Assembly: GCA_004379115.1 (NCBI GenBank)
Contig: NBNH01000347.1
Span: 1-59,256 of the forward strand
Direction: 5' to 3'
Length of the DNA stretch: 59,256 nt
Source: Actinomycetales bacterium mxb001
GTDB taxonomy: Bacteria; Actinomycetota; Actinomycetes; S36-B12
Shown: positions 10,715-18,954 of the stretch, piece by piece
Layout of the letters: every line of letters starts with the position of its first letter
How positions within the stretch are numbered: position 1 is the stretch's first letter
The notes under the pieces: generated by a model
The model's input: the letters and a program-made list of their open reading frames with translations, nothing else
The model's database searches: none
What the model was told of the DNA's origin: nothing
Program-made: the position numbers and the translations under genes

Positions 10715-10856
10715 CCTCGGGGGATCTCCCTTCCCCCCTCCCGGGGGAGGCCACTAGGCTCCAATCGCTGAATTCCGGATGACGACCGGCTGGACGTGCA
10801 GTAGCGTCTCGCCGACACGACAGCCCTCCGGGGCAGGACCGACCTAGGAGCGACAC

Positions 10857-11063
10857 ATGAGCGGTGGAACCGAGCGCCCCCTTGCCGAGGTTCGTTTTCT
10901 CACCGTTGCCGAGGTGGCGTCGCTCATGCGCGTCTCCAAGATGACGGTGTATCGACTTGTGCATGCCGGTGAGCTGCCTGCGGTTCGCGTCGGTCGTTCC
11001 TTCCGTGTCCCCGAGCAGGCCGTGCACGACTACCTGCGCTCGTCCTACATCGAGGCTGGCTGA
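10857..11063 (+). CDS. Small excisionase/MerR-type helix-turn-helix DNA-binding protein (Rv0500A-like)
   Basis: 68 aa. LTVAEVASLMRVSKMTVYRLVHAGELPAVRVGRSFRV. AGGAG 6 nt upstream of the ATG. Confidence 0.85.
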   Translation: MSGGTERPLAEVRFLTVAEVASLMRVSKMTVYRLVHAGELPAVRVGRSFRVPEQAVHDYLRSSYIEAG

Positions 11064-11172
11064 GTCAACTGGCGGAGCGAGTCCATCGCTTCGACGGCCG
11101 CCTGACCCGCTCCTGTCGAGTCCTGCGCCATCGGATAGGGTCGTGGGACTCCAGGAATGAATGAGGTAATCG

Positions 11173-11271
11173 ATGGGTTCCGTGGTCAAGAAGCGCCGCA
11201 AGCGCATGGCCAAGAAGAAGCATCGCAAGTTGCTTAAGCGCACCCGCGTTCAGCGCCGCAACAAGAAGTAG
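11173..11271 (+). CDS. 30S ribosomal protein bS22 (32 aa, Lys/Arg-rich)
   Basis: Not in the ORF track because it is shorter than 60 aa. ATG..TAG translates to [36 protein letters not shown] 5 nt upstream. Position after proC and the HTH gene is as I recall in mycobacteria. Confidence 0.8.
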   Translation: MGSVVKKRRKRMAKKKHRKLLKRTRVQRRNKK

Positions 11272-11296
11272 CGCACCGGGTATCCAGGGAGTCCGC

Positions 11297-12376
11297 ATGG
11301 GCAGGGTCGTGCTCGTCACCGGCGCCGCCCGCCACCTGGGCGGCCATATGACCCGAGCCCTGGCCAAGGATCCTGCCGTCGACCGGGTCATCGGAGTCGA
11401 CGTCGTCCCGCCCCGCAAGGGCATCGGAGATGCCGACTTCATCCGGGCTGACATCCGCAATCCCGTGATCGGCAAGATCATCCGCTCCGCCGACGTCGAC
11501 ACCGTCGTCCACATGGGGGTCATCGCCACCCCGGTTCAGGCCGGTGGACGCGCGGCGATGAAGGAGATCAACGTCATCGGCACGATGCAGCTGCTCGCGG
11601 CGTGTCAGAAGTCCGACACCGTCCAACGCCTCGTCGTGAAGTCGACGACGTCGGTCTACGGTGCCGGTCCGCGCGACCCGGCACTGTTCACCGAGGAGAT
11701 GGCTCCCAAGCACCCGCCGACGTCGGGCTGGGCGAAGGACTCGGTCGAGGTCGAGGGATACGTCCGCGGCTTCGGCCGTCGTCGCCCCGACGTCGAGGTC
11801 GCCATCTTGCGCCTGGCCAATGTCATCGGCCCGCGGATCCAGACCGCGATGACCGCCTACTTCTCGCTGCCGATCGTCCCGGTCGTCATGGGCTACGACG
11901 CTCGCCTGCAGTTCGTCCACGAGGACGACGCGATCGAGGCCCTGCGCATCGCCACGCTCAATCAGTCCACGGGCATCTACAACGTGGCGGGCTCCGGCAT
12001 CATCACCGTCTCCCAGGCGATTCGCCGCGCCGGTCGCCCGTGGATCGAGGTGCCGCGGCCGCTCCTGGGCATCGCCGGCCGCAGCATCGGCAGTGCCCGC
12101 CTCGCCGACTTCTCGGCCGACCAGGTTCGCTTCCTCACCTACGGTCGCGGCGTCGACACCACGCGGGCCGCGCGTTCCCTCGGCTTCACCCCTCGCTACA
12201 CGACGGCGCGCGCGTTCGAGGACTTCGTGCGCGGCCACGGCCTGCGCTCCGGCCTCACCTCGCGCGCGGTCGAACTCACCGAGTCCCTCGCCTTCCAGGT
12301 CGGCAACGCGACCGAGCGGCTGACGCAGTCCGCGGGCGACGTGCTCCAGGGTGCGACGGGGGGTCGTCGTGCCTGA
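11297..12376 (+). CDS. NAD-dependent epimerase/dehydratase family protein
   Basis: VLVTGAARHLGGH Rossmann motif. 359 aa. Syntenic with an Rv0501-like gene. Confidence 0.85.
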   Translation: MGRVVLVTGAARHLGGHMTRALAKDPAVDRVIGVDVVPPRKGIGDADFIRADIRNPVIGKIIRSADVDTVVHMGVIATPVQAGGRAAMKEINVIGTMQLLAACQKSDTVQRLVVKSTTSVYGAGPRDPALFTEEMAPKHPPTSGWAKDSVEVEGYVRGFGRRRPDVEVAILRLANVIGPRIQTAMTAYFSLPIVPVVMGYDARLQFVHEDDAIEALRIATLNQSTGIYNVAGSGIITVSQAIRRAGRPWIEVPRPLLGIAGRSIGSARLADFSADQVRFLTYGRGVDTTRAARSLGFTPRYTTARAFEDFVRGHGLRSGLTSRAVELTESLAFQVGNATERLTQSAGDVLQGATGGRRA

Positions 12377-13277
12377 GGCCCAGGTCATCCCGCTCGACGG
12401 TCCGCGCCGACGTCCGGGCTCGCCGACGACGCCCGCGGCGAAGCCGGCCGGTCGCATCGGCGGCGCCATCGACTTCCTGCGCCGCCGCCTGACCGGCGAC
12501 TTCGAGGTGGATGAGTTCGGCTTCGACGCCCAGCTCACCGACGAGTTGCTGTTGGCTCCGCTGCGTCCGCTCTACGAGCACTGGTTCCGGGTGCAACTGC
12601 GCGGCATCGACAACGTGCCGTCGACCGGCGGTGCGCTCGTCGTCGCCAATCATTCGGGCACCATCGCCATGGATTCGGTGATGACCCAGTTGGCCCTGCT
12701 CGACCACCACCCGGCTCACCGGCACCTGCGCATGCTGGGCGCCGACCTGGTCTTCCAGACTCCCTTCCTCGGCGAGATCGCGCGCAAGGCCGGCCACACC
12801 CTCGCGTGCATGCCCGACGCGGAGCGGCTGCTGTCCTCCGGCGAACTCGTCGGCGTGTGGCCCGAGGGCTTCAAGGGTGTGGGCAAGCCGTTCAGCGAGC
12901 GCTACAAGTTGCAGCGCTTCGGTCGCGGTGGCTTCGTGGCGGCGGCGCTGCGCACCGGCTCGCCGATCATCCCCACGGCGATCGTGGGCGCGGAGGAGAT
13001 CTACCCGATGATCGGCAGCCTGCCACCCATCGCGCGGCTGCTGGGCCTGCCGTACTTCCCGGTGACGCCGACGTTCCCCTGGCTGGGGCCGCTCGGCATG
13101 ATCCCCCTGCCGAGCAAATGGATCATCGCCTTCGGCGAGCCCATCCCCACGGATGACATGCCCGAATCGGCCGCCGACGACCCCATGCTCGTGCTCGAGC
13201 TCACCGACCGCGTGCGCGAAAACATCCAGCAGTCGCTCTATCGGCTGCTCGTGCAGCGCGACGGCGTCTTCCTCTAG
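12351..13277 (+). CDS. Lysophospholipid/1-acyl-glycerol-3-phosphate acyltransferase family protein
   Basis: VVANHSG and VWPEGFKG acyltransferase motifs. An alternative GTG start at 12369 would give a GTG..TGA overlap with the upstream stop. Confidence 0.8.
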   Translation: MRRGVVVPEAQVIPLDGPRRRPGSPTTPAAKPAGRIGGAIDFLRRRLTGDFEVDEFGFDAQLTDELLLAPLRPLYEHWFRVQLRGIDNVPSTGGALVVANHSGTIAMDSVMTQLALLDHHPAHRHLRMLGADLVFQTPFLGEIARKAGHTLACMPDAERLLSSGELVGVWPEGFKGVGKPFSERYKLQRFGRGGFVAAALRTGSPIIPTAIVGAEEIYPMIGSLPPIARLLGLPYFPVTPTFPWLGPLGMIPLPSKWIIAFGEPIPTDDMPESAADDPMLVLELTDRVRENIQQSLYRLLVQRDGVFL

Positions 13278-14146
13278 CGGCGCAGGGCGCGACCGGCGAC
13301 GTAGCCGGCCGCCATGCCCACGGCGATGCCGACACCGCCGACCACGATCGGTGCGGCAGCCTCGCGCACCTTGGCCCGTCGCCGGTAGTCGCGGATGGGC
13401 CAGTCGTTGTCGCGCGCATGCTGCCGCAGTGTCGAGTCGGGGTTGACCGCGACGGGATTGCCGACCAGCGACAGCATCGGGATGTCATTGGCCGAGTCCG
13501 AGTACGCCGAGCATCGACTCAGGTCCAATCCCTCGCGCTCGGCGATCGCGCGCACCGCCTCGGCCTTGGCCATGCCGTGCAGGGGCGCCCCGACCAGGCG
13601 TCCGGTGTAGATGCCGTCGCGCACCTCGGCGACCGTGCCGAGGGCGCCGGTGAGGCCGAGGTTCTTCGCGATGATCGTGGCGAGCTCGACCGGCGTCGCG
13701 GTCACCAGCCACACGCGCTGACCGGAGTCGAGGTGGCCCTGGGCCAGGGCGAGGGTGCCCGGGATCAGCTTGTCGGACATCTCGTCAGCGAAGATCTCCT
13801 CGCCGAGGTCGACGAGTTCGGTGACCCGGCGGCCCTCGACGAAAGACAGTGCGGCCTCCGTGGCCGAGGCCATGTCCTCGAGGTCCTCCGAGCCGCTGAC
13901 AACGAACTTCACCTGCTTGCGGGCGAAGGCGGTGATCTGCGGGACGTTGAAGAACTTGCGTCGGGCCAGGCCCACGGCGAAGTGGAACAGGCTGGCGCCC
14001 TTCATGATCGTGTTGTCGACGTCGAAGAAGGCGGCGGCCGTGGGGTCGGCGGGGACGGTCAGCGCCGTCTCCACCTCCGCCGCCGCGGCCGATGCCTCAC
14101 CGGCAATGCGGTAGGCCGGCAGCACGGCCGTCGTACGACGCGACAT
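13274..14146 (-). CDS. HAD-IB family hydrolase (SerB-like phosphatase)
   Basis: FFDVDNTIMKG (DxDxT) and SDSANDIPML motifs. Start set at ATG 14146 (MSRRTTAV...), supported by a leaderless-type -10. Track ORF extends to 14389. Confidence 0.8.
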   Translation of the reverse strand: MSRRTTAVLPAYRIAGEASAAAAEVETALTVPADPTAAAFFDVDNTIMKGASLFHFAVGLARRKFFNVPQITAFARKQVKFVVSGSEDLEDMASATEAALSFVEGRRVTELVDLGEEIFADEMSDKLIPGTLALAQGHLDSGQRVWLVTATPVELATIIAKNLGLTGALGTVAEVRDGIYTGRLVGAPLHGMAKAEAVRAIAEREGLDLSRCSAYSDSANDIPMLSLVGNPVAVNPDSTLRQHARDNDWPIRDYRRRAKVREAAAPIVVGGVGIAVGMAAGYVAGRALRR

Positions 14147-14152
14147 TCCGCC

Positions 14153-14158
14153 AGGGTA
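14153..14158 (-). promoter_or_regulatory. -10-like hexamer TACCCT, 6 nt upstream of the ATG at 14146
   Basis: Minus strand reads TACCCT-ggcgga-ATG. Confidence 0.45.
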
Positions 14159-14197
14159 GACGGGTCCACAGGGCCGGCATTCCGGCAGACTCGGAGG

Positions 14198-14449
14198 GTG
14201 CGCGAAGCCCGGGTCCTTCTCATCGGCAAGCCCGGCTGCCACCTGTGCGACGAGGCACGCGAGGTCGTGGCGCAGGTATGCGCTGCCGAGGGCGTCGACT
14301 GGGCGGAGGCGTCGATCCTCGACGACCCGGGCCTGGCCGACCTCTACTGGGAGCGGATCCCGGTGACCCTCGTCGATGGGGTGGAGCACGACTTCTGGCG
14401 GGTCGATCCGGAGCGGCTCCGAGCCGCCCTAGCGACCGATAATCGGTGA
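14198..14449 (+). CDS. Glutaredoxin-like small redox protein (CxxC)
   Basis: Only the last 83 codons of track ORF 13418..14449 look coding: VREARVLLIGKPGCHLCDEAREV...IPVTLVDG. Start is uncertain because GGAGG abuts the GTG. Confidence 0.6.
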   Translation: MREARVLLIGKPGCHLCDEAREVVAQVCAAEGVDWAEASILDDPGLADLYWERIPVTLVDGVEHDFWRVDPERLRAALATDNR

Positions 14450-14466
14450 AGCGCGTCCGCTAGACT

Positions 14467-14485
14467 TTGTTTCACCGCTTCACAA
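14467..14485. promoter_or_regulatory. Degenerate Rex-operator-like site TTGTTTCACCGCTTCACAA upstream of rex
   Basis: The right half TTCACAA and the outer TTGT match the TTGTGAA-N4-TTCACAA type operator. The left half is poor and the site is 1 nt too long. Confidence 0.3.
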
Positions 14486-14528
14486 GCCCGTACCCTGAGG
14501 GGCCATCCCTTCCAGTGAGGTCCCCGCC

Positions 14529-15227
14529 GTGCCACTCCTTCCCCCCGGGCGTCCTGACCGTGTCGACGACGTCCCCACGGCCACGCTCGAGCGCCTCCCG
14601 GTCTACCTGCAGGTCCTCGCCGGCCTGGCCGACCAGGGCATCCGCACGGTCTCCTCGACCGATCTCGCCGAGCACAGCGGGGTGACCAGCGCCAAGCTGC
14701 GCAAGGACCTGTCGCTGCTGGGCTCCTTCGGCACGCGAGGCGTGGGCTACGACGTCGTCTACCTGCACGGGTGCATTGCCGACTGGCTCGGCGTCATGCA
14801 GCCCCTCGATGTGGTCGTCGTCGGCGTCGGCAATCTCGGCCAGGCACTCGCGTCCTATCAGGGACTCAGCGGACGCGGATTCCGCATCATCGGACTTGTC
14901 GACATCGATCCCTCGCGCGTGGGCCAGTCGCTCACGTGCGGCGACACCACGCTGCGCATCCGCCCGCTGTCCGACCTGGTCGACGTGGCGCGCCACGCTC
15001 AGATCGGCGTGATCGCGACACCCGACAGTGCCGCGCAGTCGGTGTGCGACCGACTCGTGAGCGCCGGCGTGCGCAGCATCCTGACCTTCGCCCCGAGCGT
15101 CCTGCGCGTCCCGGCCGGCGTCGAGGTACGCCGGATCGACGTCGGTGTCGAGCTGCAGATCCTCGGCTTCCGAGAACGCCGCCAGGGCAGCCCCGCCGCC
15201 TGGCAACCCGGTGCGGTGAGCGCATGA
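14529..15227 (+). CDS. rex: Redox-sensing transcriptional repressor Rex
   Basis: ATLERLPVYLQVL winged helix, GVGNLGQAL Rossmann motif, 232 aa. Confidence 0.9.
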   Translation: MPLLPPGRPDRVDDVPTATLERLPVYLQVLAGLADQGIRTVSSTDLAEHSGVTSAKLRKDLSLLGSFGTRGVGYDVVYLHGCIADWLGVMQPLDVVVVGVGNLGQALASYQGLSGRGFRIIGLVDIDPSRVGQSLTCGDTTLRIRPLSDLVDVARHAQIGVIATPDSAAQSVCDRLVSAGVRSILTFAPSVLRVPAGVEVRRIDVGVELQILGFRERRQGSPAAWQPGAVSA

Positions 15228-15298
15228 CGCACCCGCCCTCCGCGGCCTGACGGCCACCCAGTCCACCCGCCCACCACTAGGCAAGGGGAGTTCACCCC

Positions 15299-16900
15299 GT
15301 GAGCACCACACGTACGAAGAAGAAGGTCGGCCCGGTCGCGTTCGTCGCTGCCGGTCCCGGCGATCCCGAGCTGGTCACGCTGCGCGCGGCCGCTCTCCTG
15401 AGCGCGGCCGACGTCATCGTCGCCGACATCGACGCGATGGCGTTGGCCCAGGAGTTCGTCGGACCGGAGGCGCGACTCATCGCCGCCGTCGACAGCAAGG
15501 GACTCCCGCTCGACCACGCCGGTCGCGCCAAGCTCGTCGTCGACGCCGCCCGTGACGGACTGCAGACGGTTCGCCTGCTCAGCGGCGACCCCGTGCTCGA
15601 CGGTTCGCTCGCGGTCGAGGCCGCTGCCCTGCGCAAGGCCAAGGTGGGCTTCGAGGTCGCACCGGGCGTCAGCATCGCCACGGGCATTCCGGCCTACGCG
15701 GGTTTCGGCCTCACCGGTCGCCGTAGCCGCGAGGTGCACATCGTCAGCGCCACCGATCCCGATATCGACTGGGCGCCCCTGGCGCGCGATCGCGTCACGG
15801 TCGTCGTTCTCGACGGCGCCGACGCGGCCCCCAACGTCGCCAAGGCACTCATGGCCGCTGGTCGCGCACCCGAGACCCCCCTCGTCGTGACCCGTGGTGG
15901 CACCACCGTCGAGCAGCGCTCGATCGTGGCCACCCTCGACGACATCGCCGTGGTCGCCAAGACCGCCAAGCAGGCCGGCCCCGGACTCCTCGTCATCGGC
16001 GAGGTCGTGACGCAGCGTGATCGGCTCGCGTGGTTCGAGGTCAAGCCGCTCTTCGGTTGGCGCGTGCTCGTCCCGCGCACCCAGGACCGCTCCGATGACC
16101 TGCTCGATCGACTCGTGCGCCTGGGCGCCATCCCGGTCGAGGTCCCCACGATCTCCGTGGAGCCTCCGCGCACCCCGCAGCAGATGGATCGCGCGGTCCA
16201 CGGCCTGGTGTCGGGTCGCTTCGAGTGGATCGGCTTCACCAGCGTCAACGCCGTTCGCGCCGTGCGCGAGAAGTTGGAGCAGTACGGCCTCGACGCCCGC
16301 TCGTTCGCCGGCCTGAAGGTCGCTGCTGTCGGCCAGGACACGGCCGAGGCGCTCGTGCAGTTCGGCGTCAAGCCCGACCTGGTGCCCGAGGGCGACCAGT
16401 CCACCCAGGCGCTGCTCGAGGAGTGGCCCGCCTACGACGAGCTCATCGATCCGATCAATCGCGTCTTCCTGCCACGTGCCGACATCGCGACCGAGACCCT
16501 CGCCGCCGGCCTGAACGAACTCGGCTGGGAGGTCGAAGACGTCACCGCCTACCGCACCGTGCGCGCGGCACCGCCGCCCGCCGAGACGCGCGAGGCGATC
16601 AAGTCCGGTGGCTTCGACGCTGTGCTCTTCACGTCGAGCAGCACCGTGCGCAACCTCGTCGGCATCGCGGGCAAGCCGCACACCACCACCGTCGTGGCGT
16701 GCATCGGTCCGCAGACGGCCAAGACCGCCGAGGAGCACGGCCTGCGGGTCGACGTCCTCGCCGAGGAGCCCACGCACATCTCGCTCGTCGAGGCGCTTGC
16801 CGCGCACGGCGATGAGCTGCGCCAGGCTGCCGAAGAAAGCGGTGAGGGCACGTGGCGGCCGAGTCGGCGCCGCGCAGCCGCGCGTCGCAAGGCCACCTGA
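15299..16900 (+). CDS. hemD: Bifunctional uroporphyrinogen-III C-methyltransferase / uroporphyrinogen-III synthase
   Basis: N-terminal VAFVAAGPGDPELVTLRAAALLSAADVIVAD (SUMT-type). C-terminal HemD-like half starts at FGWRVLVPRTQDRSDDL. 533 aa. Confidence 0.85.
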   Translation: MSTTRTKKKVGPVAFVAAGPGDPELVTLRAAALLSAADVIVADIDAMALAQEFVGPEARLIAAVDSKGLPLDHAGRAKLVVDAARDGLQTVRLLSGDPVLDGSLAVEAAALRKAKVGFEVAPGVSIATGIPAYAGFGLTGRRSREVHIVSATDPDIDWAPLARDRVTVVVLDGADAAPNVAKALMAAGRAPETPLVVTRGGTTVEQRSIVATLDDIAVVAKTAKQAGPGLLVIGEVVTQRDRLAWFEVKPLFGWRVLVPRTQDRSDDLLDRLVRLGAIPVEVPTISVEPPRTPQQMDRAVHGLVSGRFEWIGFTSVNAVRAVREKLEQYGLDARSFAGLKVAAVGQDTAEALVQFGVKPDLVPEGDQSTQALLEEWPAYDELIDPINRVFLPRADIATETLAAGLNELGWEVEDVTAYRTVRAAPPPAETREAIKSGGFDAVLFTSSSTVRNLVGIAGKPHTTTVVACIGPQTAKTAEEHGLRVDVLAEEPTHISLVEALAAHGDELRQAAEESGEGTWRPSRRRAAARRKAT

Positions 16901-16905
16901 TCGGC

Positions 16906-17547
16906 ATGGCGGACGACACGACGATCGTGCACCTGCTGCGCCACGGCGAGGTGCACAACCCCGAGGGGATCCTCTACGGCCGCCTGCCCGACTTCCACCT
17001 GTCCGAGCGCGGCCAGGAGATGGCGCAGCAGGTCGCGCAGTCGATCCGTGACCGGGACGTCACCTACATCGTGTCGTCTCCGCTGGAACGCGCGCAGGAG
17101 ACGGCTGCCCCCATCGCCGCGGCACACGGACTGTCGATTGCCACCGATGCGCGCGTGATCGAGGCCGACAACATCTTCGAGGGCCAGCGCGTCGGGGTCG
17201 GCGACGGCGTACTGCGTCAACCGAAGGCGTGGCGTCACCTGTGGAACCCGTTCACGCCCTCGTGGGGCGAGCCCTACGACGAACTCGCCGATCGCATGCA
17301 CGGTGCCATCCGGTCGGCGCGCGACGAGGCCCGCGGCCACGAGGCGGTGATCGTCAGCCACCAGTTGCCGATCTGGATCGCACGCCTGAAGGCCGAAAAC
17401 CGTCGGCTCTGGCACGACCCGCGCCGACGCGAGTGCTCCCTGGCCTCGCTGACCTCCCTGCACTTCGAGGGCGACCGACTCGCCGCTGTCGAATACGGCG
17501 AGCCCGCGGCCGCCCTCCTACCCGGAGCCAAGGGTCGCGGCGCCTGA
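16906..17547 (+). CDS. Histidine phosphatase (phosphoglycerate mutase-like) family protein
   Basis: LLRHGE catalytic motif near the N-terminus. ATG at 16906 follows the hemD stop by 5 nt. Confidence 0.85.
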   Translation: MADDTTIVHLLRHGEVHNPEGILYGRLPDFHLSERGQEMAQQVAQSIRDRDVTYIVSSPLERAQETAAPIAAAHGLSIATDARVIEADNIFEGQRVGVGDGVLRQPKAWRHLWNPFTPSWGEPYDELADRMHGAIRSARDEARGHEAVIVSHQLPIWIARLKAENRRLWHDPRRRECSLASLTSLHFEGDRLAAVEYGEPAAALLPGAKGRGA

Positions 17548-17554
17548 GCGTCGT

Positions 17555-18151
17555 GTGAGCATGGAAGGCATGCGCCCTCGTCGTGTGGCGACCGTGCTTG
17601 CCCTGTGCCTGGCCCTCGCCGGATGCGGGGGAGCCGCCGATGCCGATCCCGGCACCGGCTTCATCGCGGGTGACGGCTCGATCGTGCTGCTCGCACCCGA
17701 CGATCGTCCCCCGGCGCCTGACCTCGAAGGTCCCACGCTCGACGGCGACACTTTCCGGCTCGCCGACTATCGCGGCGACGTTGTCGTGCTCAATGTCTGG
17801 GCATCGTGGTGCGCACCCTGCCGCGCCGAGGCCCCCGTGCTCGAGGCCGTGTGGACGGACCTGCGTGATGACGGCGTGCAATTCGTGGGCCTCGACACCC
17901 GCGACACCGTGCCGGCGGCCCAGGCCTTCGTCGACAACTACGGCATCACCTATCCCAACGTCGTCGATGCCGACGGGCAGTTGCAGCTGCTCTTCGGCGA
18001 CAGCCTGCCGCCCCAGGCGATCCCGTCCACGTTGGTGATCGATTCCGAAGGTCGGGTGGCCGGTCGCATCCTCGGCCGCGTAAGTGAGTCGACGCTGCGC
18101 GGCCTCATCGAACCCCTGCTGACCCCGAGCGCGTCGCCCACACCTTCATGA
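17555..18151 (+). CDS. TlpA/ResA-family thiol-disulfide oxidoreductase lipoprotein
   Basis: Lipobox LALAGC and thioredoxin motif WASWCAPCRAE. In-frame alternative starts at 17561 and 17570. Confidence 0.85.
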   Translation: MSMEGMRPRRVATVLALCLALAGCGGAADADPGTGFIAGDGSIVLLAPDDRPPAPDLEGPTLDGDTFRLADYRGDVVVLNVWASWCAPCRAEAPVLEAVWTDLRDDGVQFVGLDTRDTVPAAQAFVDNYGITYPNVVDADGQLQLLFGDSLPPQAIPSTLVIDSEGRVAGRILGRVSESTLRGLIEPLLTPSASPTPS

Positions 18152-18900
18152 GCGGCATCGCCGAGACCGTGGCCAGCGGCGGGCTGCTGCTCGCCGCTCT
18201 CATCGCCTTCGCCGCCGGAGTGCTGTCGTTCGTCAGCCCGTGCGTGCTGCCGCTGGCACCCGGCTACCTCTCCTATGTCACCGGCCTGACCGGGGCCGAG
18301 ATCGCCGAGGGTGGAGCCGCGCGCCGCAGCCGCGTGCTCGTCGGCAGCCTGCTGTTCGTCCTCGGCTTCTCGGTCGTCTTCGTGTCCTACGGCCTGCTCT
18401 TCGGCGGCCTTGGGTCACTCCTGCTGCAGTACCAAAACATCATCCTGCGTGTTCTCGGCGTGCTCGTCATCGTCATGGGCCTGGCGTTCATGGGACTCAT
18501 CCCCGGCCTGCAGCGCGAATGGCGCATGCATCGGATGCCGTCGTACAGCCTGTGGGGTGCACCGGTGCTGGGCGTGCTGTTCGGCATCGGCTGGACGCCG
18601 TGCATCGGTCCGACGCTGACCGTGGTGCAGACGCTGGCCTTTTCCGAAGCCAGTGCGGCGCGCGGCGCCCTGCTGTCGTTCATCTACTGCCTGGGTCTCG
18701 GCCTGCCCTTCATCCTGCTCGGGCTCGCCTTCCGCTACGCCGCTGGCACGCTCACCTGGGTGCGCGAGCACTACGTGCTGATCATGCGCATCGGCGGAGG
18801 CCTGCTCGTCCTCATCGGTGTGCTCCTCGTCACGGGCGTCTGGAACGACATCACGATCTGGATGCGCACCCTCGTGCCCGGCTTCGAGACCCCCCTGTGA
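18148..18900 (+). CDS. ccdA: Cytochrome c biogenesis protein CcdA
   Basis: Polytopic membrane protein with the FVSPCVLPLAPGYL motif. ATGA overlap with the upstream stop. Confidence 0.9.
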   Translation: MSGIAETVASGGLLLAALIAFAAGVLSFVSPCVLPLAPGYLSYVTGLTGAEIAEGGAARRSRVLVGSLLFVLGFSVVFVSYGLLFGGLGSLLLQYQNIILRVLGVLVIVMGLAFMGLIPGLQREWRMHRMPSYSLWGAPVLGVLFGIGWTPCIGPTLTVVQTLAFSEASAARGALLSFIYCLGLGLPFILLGLAFRYAAGTLTWVREHYVLIMRIGGGLLVLIGVLLVTGVWNDITIWMRTLVPGFETPL

Positions 18901-18954
18901 CGTGGCTGACACTCGGTCGGCAGGGTCGACGATCTCGGGCAGACTGGTGACGGC

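Noticed and set aside
10715-10760. Possible terminator hairpin after the HDAC-like gene (CCTCC-CGGG-GGAGG within a C/G-rich patch)
   Set aside because: The stem is only 5 bp, there is no T-tract, and many equivalent pairings exist in GC-rich DNA.
13418-14197. N-terminal 260 codons of track ORF 13418..14449
   Set aside because: This part is antisense to the HAD-IB phosphatase gene. Only the last 83 codons (CxxC glutaredoxin-like) look coding.
14999-16807. 602-aa ORF on the minus strand
   Set aside because: It is antisense to rex and the cobA-hemD fusion and is compositionally non-protein-like.
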